A DNA stretch of 55,861 nucleotides, filler included, from Platydemus manokwari (taxonomy: Eukaryota): assembly GCA_037951405.1 (NCBI GenBank). It is 5 parts of 5 records of this genome, joined end to end, with 100 filler letters (N's around TTAATTAATTAA, not from the genome) between each part and the next. Parts side by side here need not be neighbours in the genome. Positions count along the whole stretch, not along the records: positions 44,385 to 55,861 come from JBBMOY010656652.1; 4 more parts are not named here. The stretch is one strand, 5' to 3'. A model generated the notes under the pieces. It was not told where the DNA came from, ran no database searches, and worked only from the letters and a program-made list of their open reading frames with translations. Shown piece after piece: positions 52,804 to 55,861 of this stretch (position 1 is its first letter; every line of letters starts with the position of its first letter). Made by a program: the position numbers and the translations under genes.

Positions 52804-53384
52804 TCATTTCGTCAATTTGCCTCTGTACAATACATTATTACTCATAGAGATAGCTCTCAAAACTGATTCCGAATCTTTCTTTAGAACAATTGTCATTACC
52901 TCACGAATAACCGGAGAGATCAAAGTTTCACCAATTGTAATTGCATTAGCAATTAGGCGGTCAATGTTGTAAGAGGCACTCAGACCATCATCGTTTTTAT
53001 GTGCCTTAGTAGATAACATGTCTACTAAAGTTTTCTTCTTGGTGTACATATCGAGTAAGTCTTTGAAATAATTTATATCCTTGTCGGCTTTATTGAGATG
53101 CAGCTTCCCAAAATGCTCTTTCAGTTTTGAAGACCTCATGACTCCGTTTGCCAATGTTTTCTCACAAATTAAGTAAAATGTAATGGCTCGTCGTAAATTG
53201 ACGGAATAAAGCCATATTTAAGATAATCCGCATTATATTGTCTGAAATTTTCTCTTCTCTTTTTATGCAAAACAATCAGTATTAAATAATTTGTTTTAAT
53301 CAGTTATCTCGAAAACTTATCCTTGCCCCATGGACACCATATATGTACCCCCTGATCTTTCAAAGACCACTTTGAGAACCACTG
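52804..53384 (-). mobile_element. hAT Buster/Charlie-type transposon 5' fragment (ZBED5/SCAND3-like transposase remnant)
   Basis: TIR CAGTGGTTCTCAAAGTGGTC (minus strand from 53384) next to GTCTAGAT (Charlie-type NTCTAGAN target). Transposase N-terminus 'RQYNADYLKYGF', 'MRSSKLKEHF..LH..DKDINYF', 'LSASYNI...TIGETLISP', 'ISMSNNV'. Truncated. Confidence 0.85.
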
Positions 53385-55149
53385 GTCTAGATCATGAATA
53401 ATTTATCTCAAAGATAAACTAGCTCCCTCACCATCTAGCTCACAAATCATTATCAATATTATATTTGGAATATATTCATGGATTGCTATAAAAAGATAAA
53501 ATCAGGATATTAAACAATATGTGTTGAATTTTCATTTCTAACAATCAAATCCTTTGAATCAAATCAGGTGAGTGAAGTGCTTTGTGGAATATTTTATGAA
53601 CACTTCAGAAGATAAATTCTGGTTTTCGATATTCATTTTGTGCTCGTTTGAGAGTGCTGTTTGTTTTAATCTCATTATTTAGTCTGTAGATCAGTTAACA
53701 ATAAATTAATTAATGTGCCATTAATTACTACCTAATTAGACATGAATCGAGGCATAAACTAGTGATAAATGTTCATCGTCTGTTCGTTTCCATCATCAAT
53801 CGAATATTTCTCGATAACTAAGTCGTGCAGGATAAGAATAATTTATGAGCAAGTTCGAATATATTGAGGTTCATTGACTTGTGTGTGAGAAATATTTTGT
53901 TCCACGATATCAGAACTGAATTTCTTCGTTTCATGTGTGTGAAATAATAAGCTCTGAAATAATAACATAATTCGATTAAGCTCCCTTTTCACAGGTAGTT
54001 GTATGTGTATGAAATTAGTTGATTTGCTGTGGAGATTTAATCGTTATGAAGATCGTTTTCGTATTTTACCGATCTTGTTATTGCGTTGAGATGAGTTTCA
54101 TTTGTGGGATCAGAGATGAACATGTCGTGCAACAAAAAATGGTTGGAACAACTTAATTTGACAAGACAATACATCTTTAAAGCAGACTGATATCTTTAAT
54201 ATTAAAAGACAAGATGGAAATTTTCAAAATGGGAATGTGATAATGAGTTATTCTCAGCGAAATCAAGTTATTAACAAGGATAGAAATATTATCACAACAT
54301 TTGTTTTTAATACTTCATTATAATAATCATATATTTATGGAATAAAATATTTATTATTGTTTTTATTATTATTAGTTATTATTATCATTATTATTAGTAG
54401 CAATAAAAATTATCGATTATCATTTTAATGGTTATAATTATAATGATAATTATTATTAATTTTGTTGGACTTTGGGGATTTTGGCAATTTAATCAGACGG
54501 TTACAGCATGGATCACTAGATTTATACAAGTATTTCCTGNNNNNNNNNNNNNNNNNNNNNNNNNNNNNNNNNNNNNNNNNNNNNNNNNNNNNNNNNNNNN
54601 NNNNNNNNNNNNNNNNNNNNNNNNNNNNNNNNNNNNNNNNNNNNNNNNNNNNNNNNNNNNNNNNNNNNNNNNNNNNNNNNNNNNNNNNNNNNNNNNNNNN
54701 NNNNNNNNNNNNNNNNNNNNNNNNNNNNTCGATTAACTAGTTTATAACTTTAATCCATTCCCATTGTTAACATCAACTTACTATTATTATAAAATGCGTT
54801 CAATAATTAATTCAGCACCGTTCCAATCTTCAAAATCAAATCTGATCGAATGATAAATCGAAACGAACAGTTCAAAAGCTACACACAAAAAGCTCAAAAT
54901 ATTATCAATTCTTTTTGGAGCAACTCTAAAACTCTCAAAATCAGATTTCTTTGTGACTGATTGCTGTTTCTCAGCATGAGAGAAAGATTTTCTCAAAAGA
55001 TTCTCTTTTTATTTGGATATCTTTTTTCAGTTGGCAGATATTTTTTTATCCAGTCATCTCAAGCTGATTTTAATCTATTATTTCGAATTCAGCTCTATGT
55101 AATAATAATAATAATAATTATTATTATTATTATAGTGATTATAAATCTA

Positions 55150-55600
55150 ATAATTCTTAAAATTATTAATGAAGATATTATGTCTGGCACTAACCAAAAT
55201 CAATATACTCCTTTCCATAAATCTTAATTCCTTCTATAATCCAACACCTATTTAAATATATAATTTTAAGTTTTACGAACGAGAACTCACTCCTTACTTC
55301 ATTCGAAAATACCAACACAGACACTGCTTCTAGTTGTTATCGATAATTAATCCTGTAATGGGTAAGGTCACAATAATTTTACTGGTAAGTTTTCTACCAA
55401 CTCAACTAAAAATACATTAAAAATATTCACAGCGTATGCAGCTATATTTGTTGCATAGCAGATTTCTCTAAATTAATACATAGCGTTTACTTAGTTAATT
55501 AACCTTATTGTATTGCATTACATAAATTCTTTTTATATTAATTTGCATTTTACATCCCTTCCACGTGATCACTGTCTATCTCCCGATTTTCTGTTCCAAT
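55150..55600 (-). mobile_element. LINE (CR1/Jockey-like) pre-RT remnant
   Basis: 'TWKG' followed by 'AVNIFNVFLVELVENL', resembling the TWK...IANxFNxFFxxIGxxL region between endonuclease and RT. Degraded. Confidence 0.3.
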
Positions 55601-55861
55601 ATTATTACTTAATTTATTTAATATTCACCTTAAAAATTATTAAATGACCTATTTTAATAATTATAATGGCCTTATTGTTTTTAATATTACTTTAAAATGT
55701 ATATTTTAACCTTTATAGTTATTATTATCGTAATATTATTCTATTTGTTGTATATATTCTCTATTGTTTTGCATATTATTAATTATTTTATCGTTTTATT
55801 TTGATCCTTTATAAGATTTTATTTTATTTTTATTTCTATTCGCCATTCTTAACTTCTGATT

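Noticed and set aside
54787-55070. 69-aa ORF and upstream frame as a possible transposon DNA-binding domain
   Set aside because: Similarity too weak to assign a family.

Overview
Very AT-rich eukaryotic genomic DNA with short (about 45-65 nt) GT-AG introns. Composition and gene content suggest a flatworm or other lophotrochozoan; this is inference. It is a draft assembly: four 100-nt N-TTAATTAATTAA-N spacers and two plain N gaps break it, so adjacency across them is unproven. Four spliced genes are well supported. (1) A complete 5-exon, 158-aa calmodulin-like gene (-), with the 3' end of a second copy about 5 kb away. (2) The 5' half of a thyroid hormone receptor (NR1A) gene, with a cluster of AGGTCA half-sites in its own intron 2. 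(3) The 3' part of a PNLDC1/PARN-like DEDDh nuclease with a C-terminal membrane anchor (piRNA Trimmer type). (4) Most of WDR63/DNAI3. The rest is mainly decayed sequence: a Ty3/Gypsy element that appears to carry an env-like third ORF, several TGTTGGG...CCCAACA solo-LTR-like insertions, hAT and pogo/Tigger remnants, a clean hAT MITE, at least three LRR-GPCR (GRL101/LGR-like) pseudogenes and a cadherin pseudogene. I found no RNA genes or CRISPR arrays, and cannot demonstrate a clearly novel multi-gene system. The best leads are the env-bearing Gypsy relic, the candidate TR autoregulatory element and the LRR-GPCR graveyard.
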